From positions 999,838 to 1,063,837 of the forward strand of contig NW_019091362.1 in NCBI RefSeq assembly GCF_001949145.1: a stretch of DNA of 64,000 nt. The letters are read 5' to 3'. Below are positions 63,501 to 64,000 of this stretch, one piece after another; the stretch's first letter is position 1, and each line of letters opens with the position of its first letter. Below the pieces are notes generated by a model. It was not told where the DNA came from. It did no database searches and worked only from the letters and a program-made list of their open reading frames with translations. The stretch is from Acanthaster planci. Its lineage: Eukaryota. The position numbers were made by a program, and so were the translations under genes.

Positions 63501-64000
63501 GTAAGTCTCGCGATGTTTTCAATTTGAAAGGGTTCCGTGGAATTTTAATGTTTCTTTAAACCCTTTAAAATTAGGTATTGATTTAAAATAAAATGGTTTG
63601 AGTTAGCACTGTCATCTTTATAAAATGTCAGATTTACTTTTTAGTTTGCTTGTAACTGAAAAGATTGATACATGTGGATCAGAAATGACGTGCTTTACTT
63701 GGTGGGTGAAAAAAACCCTGATTGTAATAAACGGGCCTGACTATAGCAACATGCCATCTTTAATTTGCATCATGTGCTTGATGCACCTGTACAGTACAAC
63801 CATATTTGGAATTCGTATCAATACCCAGTGTTGATTACATTGGATGTGTATTTTAGATATAAAGAATATTATGCATGACATATTTGCATGTACTGATATT
63901 TAAATACCGGTACATGAAGTCAGACATCTTTTTGATGGACACACATGCTTTAACAGGTGTAGGCTGCGGGCACATGGCCCAAATTTGATATAACTTGCTA

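Overview
AT-rich, intron-rich metazoan genomic DNA with assembly gaps at 13439-14195 and 55237-55307 and a single N at 8321. The repeat content suggests a marine invertebrate, but the taxon cannot be proven from this window. Two protein-coding genes can be reconstructed by hand. (1) The last three coding exons of a ZC3H15/DFRP1 orthologue lie on the + strand (615-2670). (2) A convergent, complete DNAJC10/ERdj5 orthologue lies on the - strand (7123-24598). It has 20 coding exons with canonical GT-AG introns and consistent phases, encoding about 817 aa (797 aa from the second ATG): signal peptide, J-domain with HPD, four CXXC thioredoxin sites and a C-terminal KDEL. I found no recognisable coding exon of a host gene in 26.5-64 kb. 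That region looks like a divergent promoter area followed by a possible long 5' intron of a + strand gene, filled with MITEs (hAT-like, piggyBac-like, palindromic), tRNA-derived SINE-like elements, a decayed transposase zinc-finger fragment and TACATG low-complexity tracts. I see no convincing new multi-gene system. The best leads are the divergent ERdj5 active sites, a KDEL micro-exon whose intron retention would remove the ER-retrieval signal, uORFs in the ERdj5 leader, ZC3H15-DNAJC10 linkage shared with human 2q32, and a palindromic element with two outward-facing tRNA-Thr-derived heads.
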